Assembly: GCA_951406725.2 (NCBI GenBank)
Contig: OX597815.1
Location: 190,650,001-190,714,000, forward strand
DNA length: 64,000 nucleotides
Source of the DNA: Octopus vulgaris
Lineage: Eukaryota
Direction: 5' to 3'
Both the position numbers and the translations under genes were made by a program. The notes beneath the pieces were generated by a model. It did not search any database and was not told the origin of the DNA. It saw only the letters and a list, made by a program, of their open reading frames with translations. Within the stretch, counting starts at the first letter, position 1; each line of letters opens with the position of its first letter. This document shows, piece by piece, positions 40,601 to 53,450 of the stretch.

Positions 40601-40860
40601 AGCTGAAGTTGTCTGCTAATTACAGAGATAATCACAGTTGTTCAAATATTTTTGCCCATATTCATATATCTGACTTAATTATCACTTTCTTCGTCTTCTT
40701 TCATCTGCTTCTGTTTAAAAGTACTTCATATCTCAAGAGAAAAACTCCTAGCTAGAGTTTTTGCCTGCTAATTGCAAAGATAATTACAGTTGATCAAAGA
40801 TTTTTGCCCATGTTCAAATATGTGTGACTTAATAATCACCTTATATATTTTCCTTCATCT
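40601..40860 (+). repeat. Diverged tandem duplication, ~150-bp period
   Basis: CTGCTAATT(A/G)CA(G/A)AGATAAT(C/T)ACAGTTG(T/A)TCAAA(T/G)ATTTTTGCCCAT occurs at ~40613 and ~40765. Confidence 0.85.
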
Positions 40861-41109
40861 ATCTATTCAGTAGGAATATTGCAGCATCTACCTATAACAT
40901 ATTTTTCATTCAATATATCATCATCATCTAGCATCCGTTTTCCATGCTGGCATGAGTTGGATAGTTTGACAGGAGCTGGCTAGGCAGAAGACTGCCCCAA
41001 GTTTCACTGTGTTTTGGCAGGGTTTTTTACATCTGGATACCCACCCTAACATCAACCATCTTACAAAGTGGATGGAGTGCTTTTTACATGGCACTAGTAC
41101 TGTGAAACA

Positions 41110-41425
41110 TCATGGCTTAGTGGTTAGGGCATTCAGCTTACGATTGTAAGGTTGTGAGTTCGATTCCCGGCGACGTAGTGTGTCCTTGAGCAAAACACTT
41201 TATTTCACATTGCTCCAGTCCACTCAGCTGGCAAAAATGAGTAGTACCTGTATTTCAAAGGGCCAGCCTTGTCACACTTTGTGTCATGCTGAATCTCCCT
41301 GAGAACTACGTTAGGGGTATGCGTGTCTGTGGATTGCTCAGTCACTTGCACGTTAATTTCATGAGCAAGCTGTTCCGTTGATCATATCAGCTGGGACCCT
41401 CGTTGTCGTAACCGACGGTGTGCTC
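41110..41425 (+). mobile_element. SINE family D, full length
   Basis: TGGCTTAGTGG A box, GAGTTCGATTCCC B box, TGTGTCCTTGAGCAA domain; other copies at 55475-55747(-), 52975-53290 and 50084-50335 (different tail). Confidence 0.85.
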
Positions 41426-41810
41426 CTAGTACTGGTATATATATCTGTATATATATCATCTATTCATATTATAAACCCATAGTGTAACACTTAGCAATGT
41501 CATTAATATCTAGCCACCATTTCAGTATTTTGTTGTCAGTAACTTTGTATATTTAACAGAACAGATTTAAGTTATAAATTTCCAGTATTTGAACTCAGAA
41601 TGAAAACTAAGAAGAAATACCTGGCATGCTCAATTCTGCCAGCTCACCACCCTATATCTCATTTAATATCAGTGCTGAGTTCAAATCACTTAACAGTTAA
41701 GCTTAATCATATAAGCTTAGTTTTGCTATAATTAGTATTTGTGACTATCATTTCTATAATTATTAAATATTATAAATTATTATATAATGTATAAATAATA
41801 TTATAATATA

Positions 41811-41944
41811 GAAGTGGGTGCTGAAAAGTTCCTGGCTTTAAATTTGTTGCAAAAGGCCTTGTTGGAGACCCAGCCTGAGTTTTTTTACAGGGCTTAGAAA
41901 AAGTGAAGGATCACAGCAACAAGTGTGTGAATCCAAGAGGGGAA

Positions 41945-41993
<49 letters not shown>

Positions 41994-42223
41994 GTTTAAC
42001 ATCCGTTTTCTGCACTAGCACGGGTTGGACGGTTCGACCGGGGTCCGGGAAGCCAGGAAGCTGCACCAGGCTCCAGTCTGATCTGGCAGTGTTTCTACAG
42101 CTGGATGCCCTTCCTAACGCCAACCACTCCGCGAGTGTAGAGAACATGTTGAATAAAATCATAATTAACTGATCCTCCTGTATTTTCTTTTACCCAGTGC
42201 CCGGAACTTTTCATCTCCTCCAC
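41811..42223 (+). mobile_element. Mariner-derived MITE with nested family C insertion
   Basis: Ends GGGTGCTGAAAAGTTCCTGGC / GCCCGGAACTTTTCATCTCC; NKCVNPRGEH|VE* split by 41946-42140 with GAACAT duplicated. Confidence 0.75.
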
Positions 42224-42565
42224 ATAATATATAATATTATATTAGTTCTGTCCATGCTTCCATGGAAAACAGATATTCAATAATGATGATGATGAAGATA
42301 AACTTTTAATCTGTTTTGAAATGTTATTATATCCTTAGGAGTTCTATTTCATCTGTTCCAGATATCATATTATAGTAGAAAGCTGTTTCCTGTTTTTTTT
42401 CACAAACTAAACATCTTTCAGTATCCTATTACAATATATCATCTGCATACCTGGTGTATATACCTTATATTCATGTCTTAAAGGAAAAAAGAAAAACACT
42501 AATCAACAACAGGTGTACAAATATATTCATGAATTAAACCAGATATGTATACAACAACTGCAATA

Positions 42566-42822
42566 TGGAAGGTGTTTATGAGCCATTTAAAAACACACAA
42601 AAACTGTTAGATTCACTTCAACATTTAAATTTAATTTGTCAAAATATTTTCATCGCTTTCAAACCACGACCTGTTCACTGACAAAATTCCATGCTGAATG
42701 GAATTTTGTCAATGAAGGTCGTGGTTTCAAAGCAGTAAAAATATTTTGACAAATTAAATTTAAATGTTGAAGTGAATCTAACAGTTTTTGCGTGTTTTTA
42801 AATGGCTCATAGACACCTTCCA
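42566..42822. repeat. Near-perfect 257-bp palindrome (~125-bp arms, 5-nt loop), PLE-like
   Basis: TGGAAGGTGT..GACAAAATTCCAT gctga ATGGAATTTTGTC..ACACCTTCCA. Confidence 0.93.
42635..42685 (-). ncRNA. Type I hammerhead-like motif with compensatory G3-C8 core (GUGAACA)
   Basis: Minus strand TTTGTCA-GTGAACA-G-GTCGT ggtttgaaa GCGAT-GAAA-ATAT-T-T-TGACAAA: 7-bp stem I, palindromic stem III AATATT. Confidence 0.65.
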
Positions 42823-43163
42823 CACTGTTGTTTTTGTTTCAGCATGCAATCTCAGATCAGGTCACTTGCTATGCAAGTATAACTCCATAAATGTACACAA
42901 CAGTTTTCTACAAAGTTTCCAGCCCCCAAATATTATACAGAAAAGCTTTGGTCCACCTGTGAAGAGGACACTTGCTCAAAATGTTGCCTAGTTAAATTGA
43001 GCCCATACCTATGTAGCTATAAAGCAAATTTCTTAATCACACACACATACACACACACTAATGCACACATATGCACTCACACACACACTTATACACAAAT
43101 AACTACATATATTTTCTTCTTCAGCACGAGCGGATTACAATAAATAAATTCAGTTATGCATTT

Positions 43164-43167
<4 letters not shown>

Positions 43168-43195
<28 letters not shown>

Positions 43196-43725
43196 GTTTA
43201 ACATCCGTTTTCCGCGCTAGCACGGGTTGGACGGTTCAACCGGGGTCTGGGAAGCCAGAGGCTGCTCCAGGCTCCAGTCTGATCTGGCAGAGTTTCTACG
43301 GCTGGATGCCCTTCCTAACGCCAACCACTCCGCGAGTGTAGTGGGTGCTTTTTACGTGCCACCTGCACAGGTGCCAGGGGGGGGTCCGGCATCAGTCACG
43401 ATCGGTTGGAGCTTTTAACGTGCCAGCGGCACGGAAGCCAGCCAAGGCGGCGCTGGCAACGTTCGGATGGTCTTTTTATGTGCCACCAGCACAGGAGCCA
43501 GTCGGGGCGGCGCTGGCATCGGCCATGTTCGGATAGTGCTTTTTATGTGCCACCGGCACAGGCATCACAACTGCTATTTCCATTGATATTTATTTCGACG
43601 TTCATGTTCATGTACTTGACTCAACAGGTCTCCTCAAGCACAGCGGGACGTTCTGGGATCCGGGGTACTTTGAATGGGCAGGGGCTATGCGGAACTGATG
43701 CAGGAAGCAGCTCGGGTCTTTGCAC
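43168..43725 (-). mobile_element. Family C repeat, long copy
   Basis: (CAT)n tail, several internal GTGCCACCGGCAC units and additional 5' sequence shared with 17270-17340. Confidence 0.8.
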
Positions 43726-44349
43726 AAATATTTAACACAAACAGATTAATTACAATCTGGCATTCTTGACAAAAAGTTTATCTGACTAGTTCAATATTTT
43801 ACAGCGAAGGCGATATTTGAGTGACTGGCAGTGATTGAGGCCAAGGCCAGGCCTTGGGAAATGTAACGATTGCCTGCATGATGACATGGATATCTCAGGT
43901 AGTTTTGAAAAAGAAATTAAATTAAGATAATCCATAATGGATAGTATCTATAAAAAGAAAATTAAAAATTAAAAAAAAGGCCATAGCTGTTAAGTTATCT
44001 TGTTAATCACAGACTTTAATCATAATTAAAGTATAAGTAGACATACATCAAATTTGACCTGTCATAAAACAGTGGACTTGGTACCGTCCAATTTCATAAA
44101 ATTTATCAATTAATTTTTCTAATATTCTTTTTCTTTTATCGAGTGTGTCTGTGTGTGTACATGTGTGAAATAAATATTTGCATGTGTGAGAGAAAAACTT
44201 TGAAGTTGAAAGCTGTTGTTCAGTAATTTCAAACCCAAATAGATCAAGCAATGATATAGAAGCATTCCATCAGATACCATTTGATGACAATTCAGTGAGT
44301 GGACAGGATTAAGAAGCAAACTTCTTAAACATTTAGTCATCCGGACACT

Positions 44350-44760
44350 GGCGAACTGGCAGAACCGTTAGCACGCCGGGCGAAATGCGTAGCCGTATTT
44401 CGTCTGCCGTTACGTTCTGAGTTCAAATTGCGCCGAGGTCGACTTTGCCTTTCATCCTTTTGGGGTCGATAAATTAAGTACCAGTTATGCAGTGGGTTGA
44501 TGTAATCGACTTAATCCGTTTGTCTGTCCTTGTTTGTCTCTCTGTGTTTAGCCCCTTGTGGGTAGTAAAGAAATAGGTATTTCGTCTGCCATTACGTTCT
44601 GAGTTCAAATTGCGCCGAGGTCAACTTTGCCTTTCATCCTTTTGGGGTCGATAAATTAAGTACCAGTTACGCACTGGGGTCAATATAATCGACTTAATCC
44701 GTTTGTCTGTCCTTGTTTGTCCTCTCTGTGTTTAGCTCCTTGTGGGTAGTAAAGAAACAG
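44350..44760 (+). mobile_element. SINE family B dimer
   Basis: Same AAAGAAATAG|GTATTTCG junction. Confidence 0.88.
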
Positions 44761-46406
44761 ATATATGAAAAGATATTTATCTTCTCATTTTTATGTTTCC
44801 CACTTTCCCAACCCCCATACCTGGCAGTAGGTATAAATCCTTTCCCAACAGCCATCCTCTTCACTCATCATCTCCTGTCCAGTACACTCTTGTTTCCTCA
44901 TCACTTGCCTTCTTGTCACCTTTATTTGTCCATTAGTATCAGCCTCACAGAGGCAAAGTGACTGAATTTCTTTCAAGCGTTGGGCCTCACAGAGGCAAAG
45001 TGGCTAAGTTCCTTTCGAGCATTGGGCCTCACAGCAGCAATGACCAAAACCTTTGGCATTATGTCAGGCTTGAGAAGAAGACCCATCAAACTGAGCAAAA
45101 TCACAGTTGTGGCAGATACTGGTGTCACACAAATGGCACCCATGCCAGTGGCATTTAAAATCCCCCATTACACTCTCAGAGTGGTTGGTGTTAGGAAGGG
45201 CATCCAGCTGTAGAAAACCATGCCAAATCAGACTGGATTCTGGTGCAGCCTTCCAGCTTACCAGCCCCGGTTAAACCATCCAACCCATGCCAGCATAGAC
45301 AATGGACGTTAACTGATGATGTGTATAGGTCCCACCTACTACCTGTTGACAGCATCATCATCATCATCGTTTAACATCCGCTTTCCATGCTGGCATGAGT
45401 TGGATGGTTTGACTGAGGACTGGTGAGCCAGAAGGCTGCACCAGGCTCTAATCTGATCTGTTAAAGTTTCTACAGCTGGATGCCCTTCCAAACACCAACT
45501 ACTCCAAGAGTGTAGTGGGTGCTTTTTATGTGCCACTAGCCTGAGGGTCAGTCAGGCGGTTCTGGCAACAACCACGTTCAAAGGGTGTTTTTACGTGCTA
45601 CCCACATGGGAGCCAGTCTGGCAATACTGGCAATGACCACGCTCAAATGTTGTTTTTCACATGCCACCAGCACATGTGCCAGTAAGGCAACGCTAGCAAC
45701 AATCACGCTTGAATGGTACTTTTCATGTGCCACTGGCACGGGAGCCAATCCATGGCCCTGGCAACGATCACGCTTGGATGTGCATTTAACTTTCCACAGG
45801 CACAAGTGCCAATCAGGCAGTACTGTCACCAGCCATAAATTAATAATGGTTTTGAGTTTTAGTACTTATTTTATTGACCCCAAAAGGATAAAAAGCAAAG
45901 TCAACCTCAGCAGCGTTTGAGCCCTGGATGGAAAGCTGCTAAGCATATTGTCTGGCGTGGTAATGGTTCTACCTGCTTACCACCTTAATGGACTAATAAC
46001 TACCTAATAATACCTGATGAGGCATAATTTCTCTTCCCATTTTCCCTTCATCTCTGGTCATGAGTGATGCCCTTCTTTCTCAGACTAAAACCACATAAAA
46101 TAAAAATAACCTTTATTTTCAGTCATTAGTCAACGATGGTTAGTATTTCACAAACAGCCACCTGGCAGAGTCATTAAGATGCAGGACGAAATGCTAAGCA
46201 GCATTTCATCCATTTTTATATTCCGAGTTCAAATTCCACTGTGGTTGACTTTACCTTTCATCCTTTCAGGGTCAATAAAATAAGCACCAGTTGAGCACCG
46301 GGGTCAATTTAATTGAGTTAGCCCCTTCCGCAAAACTGCAGGCCTTGTACCAAAATTTGAAACTTGTATTCACAAACAGCTGATTTGTGTCAGTAGATCC
46401 ACTTGG

Positions 46407-47125
46407 GTGGAGGCGCAATGGCCCAGTGGTTAGGGCAGTGGACTCGTGGTCAGAGGATCATGGTTTTAATTTCCAGACCAGGCGTTGTGTGTGTTTACTG
46501 AGCGAAAACACCTAAAGCTCCATGAGGCCCTCACAGGGCAGGGGACAACCCCAGTTGTAGTCCTTTGCCCCAACTTTCTTTCACTCTTTTTTCCTGTTTC
46601 TTGAGTAACGCTGCGATGGACTGGCATTCCGTCCAGCTGGGGGGAAACACATACATCATAGAAACTGGGAAACCGGGCCTATGAGCTTGGCTAGGCTTGA
46701 AAAGGGCACATCTTTATATATAAAAGTGAAGTTGTGTGTCTGTCTCCTACGATTTAGATTCCTAACTACTCCCACATTTTGCGGTGCAGTGTAACCAAAA
46801 GCAGGTATCTTATAGTCGTGATTCATATCGAGCCCTTCTGGGTATTAGTGCGCATCTACGATGAGTCTACGATTTTTAAAAAAAATTTACCATAATTTTT
46901 TCCCATTTTTAATGCATTTTTTTTGCTATTATATAAGGGAAGTAACTCTCTAAAAATGTATTATTAAATCTCAGAACGTAAAAAGCTATAGTAACACCCC
47001 ACTTTGTGGTTAGCCATATTGAGATGGCTATTATACTTTACATCTCTAAAAATGCTTATATAGTTATTTCCCTTACAAACCCGAGCAACGCCGGGCGATA
47101 CTGCTAGTAAATAATAAATAATAAA
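46407..47125 (+). mobile_element. tRNA-derived SINE (distinct family) with a Helitron inserted at its tail
   Basis: Head GGAGGCGCAATGGCCCAGTGGTTAGGG; tail TAAATAATAAATAATAAA; TSD ATCCACTTGG (46397-46406, 47126-47135). Confidence 0.8.
46711..47107 (+). mobile_element. Non-autonomous Helitron (397 bp)
   Basis: A|TCTTTATATATAAAAG ... hairpin CCCGAGCAACGCCGGG (47080-47095) ... CTAG|T; no TSD. Confidence 0.9.
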
Positions 47126-47454
47126 ATCCACTTGGCATTATAGAAGTAAGTAATAGAGTAAGTAAAAGACAGACTTTTCAGGACCAAATTGACACAAAAT
47201 AATTTGAACTTTTAATAGTCATTTGATAAATCTGTATATTTCTGAGGAAAGCAATTAGATTCAGAACTTTGCATAATAGCGATTTTATTTGTAAGCCTCG
47301 ATGTTATAAAATATTTTTCATATTTCTAAGGCAGTCTTTTGTATTTGTGTTTTTCAGCTGCTGAAAACAAAATAATAAATAATTTTAGGAATGCTTGCTT
47401 TTTGCCTTGTTTTTGCTTGTTTGTTTGCTTGGTTTGTTTTTTTTTTGTTCTTGG

Positions 47455-47487
<33 letters not shown>

Positions 47488-47995
47488 TTTTGCTTTTTGT
47501 CCATTTTTTTTGTGTGGCCTTTGTTTTTATTTATTCATTAACTTGTTAGCTCATCAGCTGCACATTTCATGCACGCTGCAATCCAGTGTTAAGATATTGA
47601 CAAGCAATTTAATTCATGCAAGCATAGCAAAATGGACGCTAAAATATTGATATGGCAGCATGGGGGGGGGGTGGAGGAAGGAAGTGGGGGGAAGGAAATG
47701 GCAATAACTGTGTGGCAAGAATATTGATGACGATGCTGGTTGTGATGGTGATGGGGGAAGCTGTTCTTGTTGTTGTTGTTAGTGGGGGAGGTATTTGTTA
47801 GTAAAACTGGTGGTGATGACATCAGCAATAATAGTGGCGATGACGAGATGATGACTGTAATTATGAAAGCAGTGTTGATGTCAGCTACGATGATGATGAT
47901 GACGAGAATTATGATGATGTTGCTGATTGTTATTATTATTATTATTATTATTATCAATAAGCGTCGTCATCATTAATATTATGTAGGTAGCATTG

Positions 47996-48010
47996 CTGCT
48001 ATTGTTGTTG

Positions 48011-48042
<32 letters not shown>

Positions 48043-48492
48043 GGTGGTGGTGGTTGTGGTGGTGGTGTGGTGGTGGTGTAGTAGTGGTGGCGGTGGTCAT
48101 TGTTGTGGTGGTGGTGGTGATGGAGGCAGCGGAGGTGATGGAGGCGGCAGCAGCAGTGGTAGTGCTGGTGATGAAGGTGGGGATGGAGATGATAGTGGTG
48201 GTGGTGGTCGTGGTGGCAATGATGGTGTTGTTGGTGGTGGTGGTGATAGTAGTGGTAGTGGTCATCGTTGTGGTGGTGGTGGTGGTGGTCGTCGTCGTCG
48301 TCGTCATCGTTGTGGTGGTGGTGGTGGCAGTGATGGTGTTGGTGGCAGTGATGGTGTTGGTGGCAGTGATGGTGTTGGTGGCAGTGGTGTGGGTGGTCAT
48401 CGTTGTGGTGGTGGTGGTGGTCGTCGTCGTCGTCGTTGTTGTGGTGGTGGTGGTGGTGGTGGTGGTCGTCGTTGTGGTGCTGGTGCTGGTGG
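47996..48492. repeat. (GTT)n/(GGT)n/(GTC)n compound microsatellite
   Basis: Direct reading; explains the Gly/Val/Thr-rich ORFs. Confidence 0.95.
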
Positions 48493-49221
48493 TAGGCAGG
48501 TACAGGTCATGATGATGACAAACAAAATTAAAAGTTTAAAGAATTCTAATGATTCTGCTGAAAAACATACTGAAAGAAGAAAATGGTATAAGCAAATAAT
48601 TTTTATTTCAAAAAGAAGCACAAAAAGTCACAGAAATACCAAAAGTGAAAATATTGCAATAGATTCAATAATATTTTTAGTACATAAGAAGGAAAATGAA
48701 GAATACCAAAATGTCTAAAACATTTTTTCTGTATCTTTTTCATCTTTCTCTCGCCCCTCCTTAATTCTTCTATTCCTCTGCCTCTACCACTCTCTCTTCT
48801 CTCCCCACATGACCAGTGTTTGACCAGGCCTGATCTTTCTTTCTTGGTTCGATTATCATCCATGCAACATCTATATTCCCTCCTGTGCTTGTTAAATCTT
48901 ATGTGCCTGCCGTAAGGCTTTACTTCCACACATACCAGCTTAATTTGATTCATCCATAGTCGAAAGACACCTGTTGTTACGTCCTGTTGTTTCTATTTGT
49001 GTAACATTTCTGTTTTTTTCCGTCCTTATTTTCATATACATTCACTGCTTTCTTCCAAGGAATATAATGCTCTTAGATTATTTTCCCTTGGGGCTGGCCT
49101 GATTGGAGCAATCTCAAGAATAATCAGCAAAATTGCAAAGATAATCTGGAACTCGACTGAGGATAGAAAACTCTGAATGATCTGTCTTTGTTTTCTTTGT
49201 ATCATCTGTCTGGATATTTTG

Positions 49222-50083
49222 TTATTTACAGCAACATTTTTTGGAGCCAGGATATCTCATTCACAGATATAATTTGTATTGTGGTAATTATGAAGAAGAT
49301 TTAGAAAGGTTTCATACATCAAATCATCAATGGAAGAATCAGTTGAATTACATATTGGATTCGGTGAATGAAACTGCTCTTCATCAATTCCATCTCTCCC
49401 TTCACTGAGTTTCAAAAGCTGCTCTGCAGATAGTTCATCTGATTGATCTCTTGAAATCTTTGATCTCATATTTGTTGAAAGCTGAAGTGTTTTTACATGA
49501 AGCCATAATACAGAAGACTTTACTGAAGCATTTTAGTTCATCCACATTTGTTCATATTGGAACAACTGGTAATGTTTATCAGAAGTCGCCTGACAATAAT
49601 ACAGTGACATATCCCATGATGGAATTACAGTTTCTTATTTCTTTATTGCCCACAAGGGGCTAAACATAGAGGGGACAAACAAGGACAAACAAAGGGATTA
49701 CATCGATCCCAGTGCATAACTGGTACTTAAGTTATCGACCCCGAAAGGATGAAAGGCAAAGTCGACCTCGGCGGTATTTGAACTCAGAAAGTAAAGACAG
49801 ACGAAATACCTATTTCTTTACTACCCACAAGGGGCTAAACAAGGGGACAAACAAGGGCAGACAAACAGATTAAGTTGATTACATCAACCCCAGTGCAAAA
49901 CTGGTACTTAATTTATCGACCCTGAAAAGATGAAAGGCAAAGTTGACCTCGGCGGGATTTGAACTCAGAAAGTAACGGCAGACGAAATACCGCTAAGCAT
50001 TTCGCCCGGCATGCTAACGTTTCTGCCAGCTCACTACCTTTTGGAATTACAATTTCTGATGACTTGTAATGTTCCGTCCACAG
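49222..50083 (-). pseudogene. Decayed Helitron RepHel Pif1-family helicase fragment
   Basis: VDGTLQVIRNCNS|IMGYVTVLLSGDF**TLPVVP..DEL/NASVKSSVLWLHVKTLQLSTNMR..QLLKLSEG..NYICE*DILAPKN; the bar marks a SINE insertion. Confidence 0.88.
49635..50041 (-). mobile_element. SINE family B dimer
   Basis: TSD TGGAATTACA(G/A)TTTC at 49620-49634 and 50042-50056. Confidence 0.9.
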
Positions 50084-50412
50084 TGAGTTTTGATTTCCAG
50101 ACCAGGCTGCATGTTGTGTTCTTGAGCAAGACACTTTATTTCACATTGCTCCAGTTCAATCAGCTGTGGAAATGTGTTGTTACGTCACTGGTGCCAGGAT
50201 AAAATCCATGGCATGGAGAGGGAAGGCTGGTACGCATGGGTGACTGCTGGTCTTCCATAAACAAACTTGCCAGTACTTGTGCTTCAGTGTAATCCAATGG
50301 TCATTCGTGACCAAAGGGGATCTTTACCCTTTACCCCATATATGTGTGTGTATACATACATTCATACATACATACATAAACAAACATAAACACACACACA
50401 CACACACGCACG

Positions 50413-50605
<193 letters not shown>

Positions 50606-50682
50606 ATTTTAACCTTTAAAGGTATTTTTTAATATGCTGGCCATTTATAAAATATTTTTTCGAAAAAGATTTTATCCTACAT

Positions 50683-50735
<53 letters not shown>

Positions 50736-50890
50736 TTGTGATGTATGGTTTGCTATGTGTATCCCAGTTTTAAAATTCTTATACCATGTCCCTGTGTATT
50801 GCAATAAGCAGCTAGAAGATTTGGCAAGAGGAAGGGTTTCTGGCTGTAGGACACTGCCTCAGAAAAACTGAACCAGTCCATACAAGCATA

Positions 50891-51296
50891 GGCGTAGGAG
50901 TGGCTGTGTGGTAAGTAGTTTGCTTACCGACCACATGGTTCCGGGTTCAGTCCCACTGCGTGGCATCTTGGGCAAGTGTATTCAACTATAGCCTCAGGCT
51001 GACCAAAGCCTTGAGAGTGGATTTGGGAGACGGAAACTGAAAGAAGCCCATCGTATATATGTATATATATATATGTATGTGTGTGTATATGTTTGTATGT
51101 CTATGTTTGTCCTGCCAACATCACTTGACAACTGATGCTGGTGTGTTTACGTCACCATAATCTAGCAGTTCGGCAAAAGAGACAGATAGAATAAGTACTA
51201 GACTTACAAAGAATAAGTCTTGGGGGTTGATTTGCTCAACTAAAGGCGGTGCTCCAGCATGGCCACAGTCAAATGACTGAAACAAGTAAAAGAGTA
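50891..51296 (+). mobile_element. SINE family A, full length
   Basis: Matches family A; AAGCAT flanks both ends. Confidence 0.85.
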
Positions 51297-51444
51297 AGCA
51301 TTGAAAAGTAGACATAAAATCGTTATGGCGATGACAATGATGATGATGACGACGACGATAGCAACAATTATGATGACGATGATGATGATGTTAATACTTA
51401 TATGTATGTTGTATTAAAAACAAAACTGCATTTGAGTTTTTGAT

Positions 51445-51869
51445 GACTGGCAGCGGTGCTAGTGGAGCGCCAAGAGCACCATCCAACCGTGATCGTTGCC
51501 AGAGCAATAAAGTGGCTTCCGTGCCGGTGGCACGTAAAAAGCACCATTCGAGCATGATCGTTACCTGTGTCACCTTACTGGCACTTGTGCTGGTGGCACG
51601 TGAAAAACATTCAAGCGAGGTTGTTGCCAGTGCCGCTGGACTGGCTCCTGTGCAGGTGGCACATAAAAAGCACTATTTGAGCATGGCAGTTGCCAATACT
51701 GCCTGACTGGCCCTCATGCTGGTGGCACATAAAAGCACCCACTGCACTCTCGGAGTGGTTGGCGTTAGGAAGGGCATCCAGCTGTAGAAACAGCCATCTG
51801 GTTCACCAGCCCTCAGTCAAAATCGTCCAACCCATGCTAGCATGGAAAGCAGACGTTAAACAATGATGA

Positions 51870-51890
<21 letters not shown>
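51445..51890 (+). mobile_element. Family C repeat with diverged internal units
   Basis: Four GTGC(C/T/A)GGTGGCAC(G/A)T(A/G)AAAA-like motifs ~60-67 bp apart, then the family C tail. Confidence 0.8.
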
Positions 51891-51903
<13 letters not shown>

Positions 51904-52941
51904 GGTGGTGGTGGTGGTGGTGGTGGTGGTGGTGGTGGTTGTGGTGATGATGATGATGATGATGATTTTTATATTTTTATTACATATCTTTGTATGCGTT
52001 CCTTACAGTTTGTTTAGCACTGTTCACAAACCGATCATCAATGTTTTTAGACATTCAAGATTCCAATCTACTGAATGAAGCAGTTGGTGTTGATGCTGAT
52101 GTTGTTGTTGTTGTTGGTGGCGGTAGTGGTGGTGTCAATGTGTGTTACTACCACTTTATAGTATACATGAGCAATGAAGTAGATGGTGACATTGCTACCA
52201 GAATTTTAATTTTTGACTGTTAGCATTTCACTTCAGTAGTCAGGGAATGGTTTCTGTTTCCCACTGTATTATCCAAGTGCTTATATTAACATTACATTGT
52301 GCTGCTGCTTCCATCATTAATTGTCTATTTTTAAAGGGAATTCTGTAAAGGAAAGACATGTTGTTTGCTCATGTTTTTCTATCTGGCTCTGTTTTATTTT
52401 GTGTAATGTGTAATGTAGTGCATCATCATTGCTCTCTGTTGAAAGAACATGGTATTGGCATAGAAGTATTATACTTGTAAGGATAATATAACAGCTGGAG
52501 CAGTAAAACCTCACCTCTTACACATTTGCAATCAAATTTGTAAAACACATCAGCCATTAACGGCTTGTTCGTAGCTTACAGGTATGCAGTTGGTTATTGA
52601 TAAAGAAGTTTCTAATTTTAGTGTTTTTGTAATACATTAATTACTTCCAGGTTAAGGTTGGGTATAGATCTTTTTTTTTTAATTTTTTTACATGTTTCAG
52701 TCAGTAGGCTGTGGCCATGCTGGGGCACTGCCTTGAAGAATTTTTAGTCAAATGAATCGACCTCGGTGATTTTTCTCTTTTTGCAAGTCTGGTATTTATT
52801 CTGTCACCCACTTTTTCTGAACCTCTAAGTTACAGGAATGTAAACACACCAACAACAAATTGTCAAGCGGTGGTGGTAGGGTAGATCAAACACAGACACA
52901 CTCACACTTACACTTACACACACACACTTACACTTACACTT

Positions 52942-52973
<32 letters not shown>

Positions 52974-53290
52974 GGTTAGAGCGTCGAGCTTACGATCGTG
53001 AGGTTGTGAGCTCGAATCCCGGACCGGGCTGCATGTTGTGTTCTTGAGCAAGACACTTTATTTCACGTTGCTCCAGTTCACTCAGCTGTAGAAATGAGTT
53101 GCGACATCACAGGTGCCAAGCTGTATCGGCCCTTGCCTTTCCCTTGGACAACATCGGTGACGTGGAGAGGGAGGCCGGTATGCATGGGCGACTGCTGGTC
53201 TTCCGTAAAACAACCTTGCCCAGACTTGTGCCTCAGATGGTAACTCTCTAGGTGCAAACCCATGGTCAGTGTCTGACCGAAGGGGGTCAC

Positions 53291-53341
<51 letters not shown>

Positions 53342-53414
53342 TTGAAATTTGCAGAAAAGCAAACGACAACAACAAGCAAATGTATTAGTTTGATGCTCAG
53401 GTAAATGAAAAAGT

Positions 53415-53450
53415 CTTTGACATTTCAAGCCTATGTTCTTCAACAGAAAG
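53415..53450 (-). ncRNA. Degenerate minimal hammerhead-like motif (CUGUUGA core)
   Basis: Minus strand CTTT-CTGTTGA-A-GAACATAGGCTT-GAAA-TG-TC-AAAG; same family as 4427-4462. Confidence 0.4.

Noticed and set aside
41110-41170. tRNA-like A/B boxes
   Set aside because: SINE heads continuing into repeat bodies; no complete cloverleaf or terminator
46014-46040. Isolated CTGATGA (also near 6552, 24682, 39260, and 11570 and 18077 on the minus strand)
   Set aside because: No properly placed GAAA and stems
47993-48718. 241-aa Gly-rich ORF, the longest in the track
   Set aside because: Translation of a GGT/GTT/GTC microsatellite that is open in several frames and both strands
51445-51745. Repeat-spacer-like spacing of GTGGCACGTAAAAAGCAC motifs, CRISPR-like
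   Set aside because: Spacers are diverged homologues of each other inside a dispersed retroposon; eukaryotic context and no cas genes
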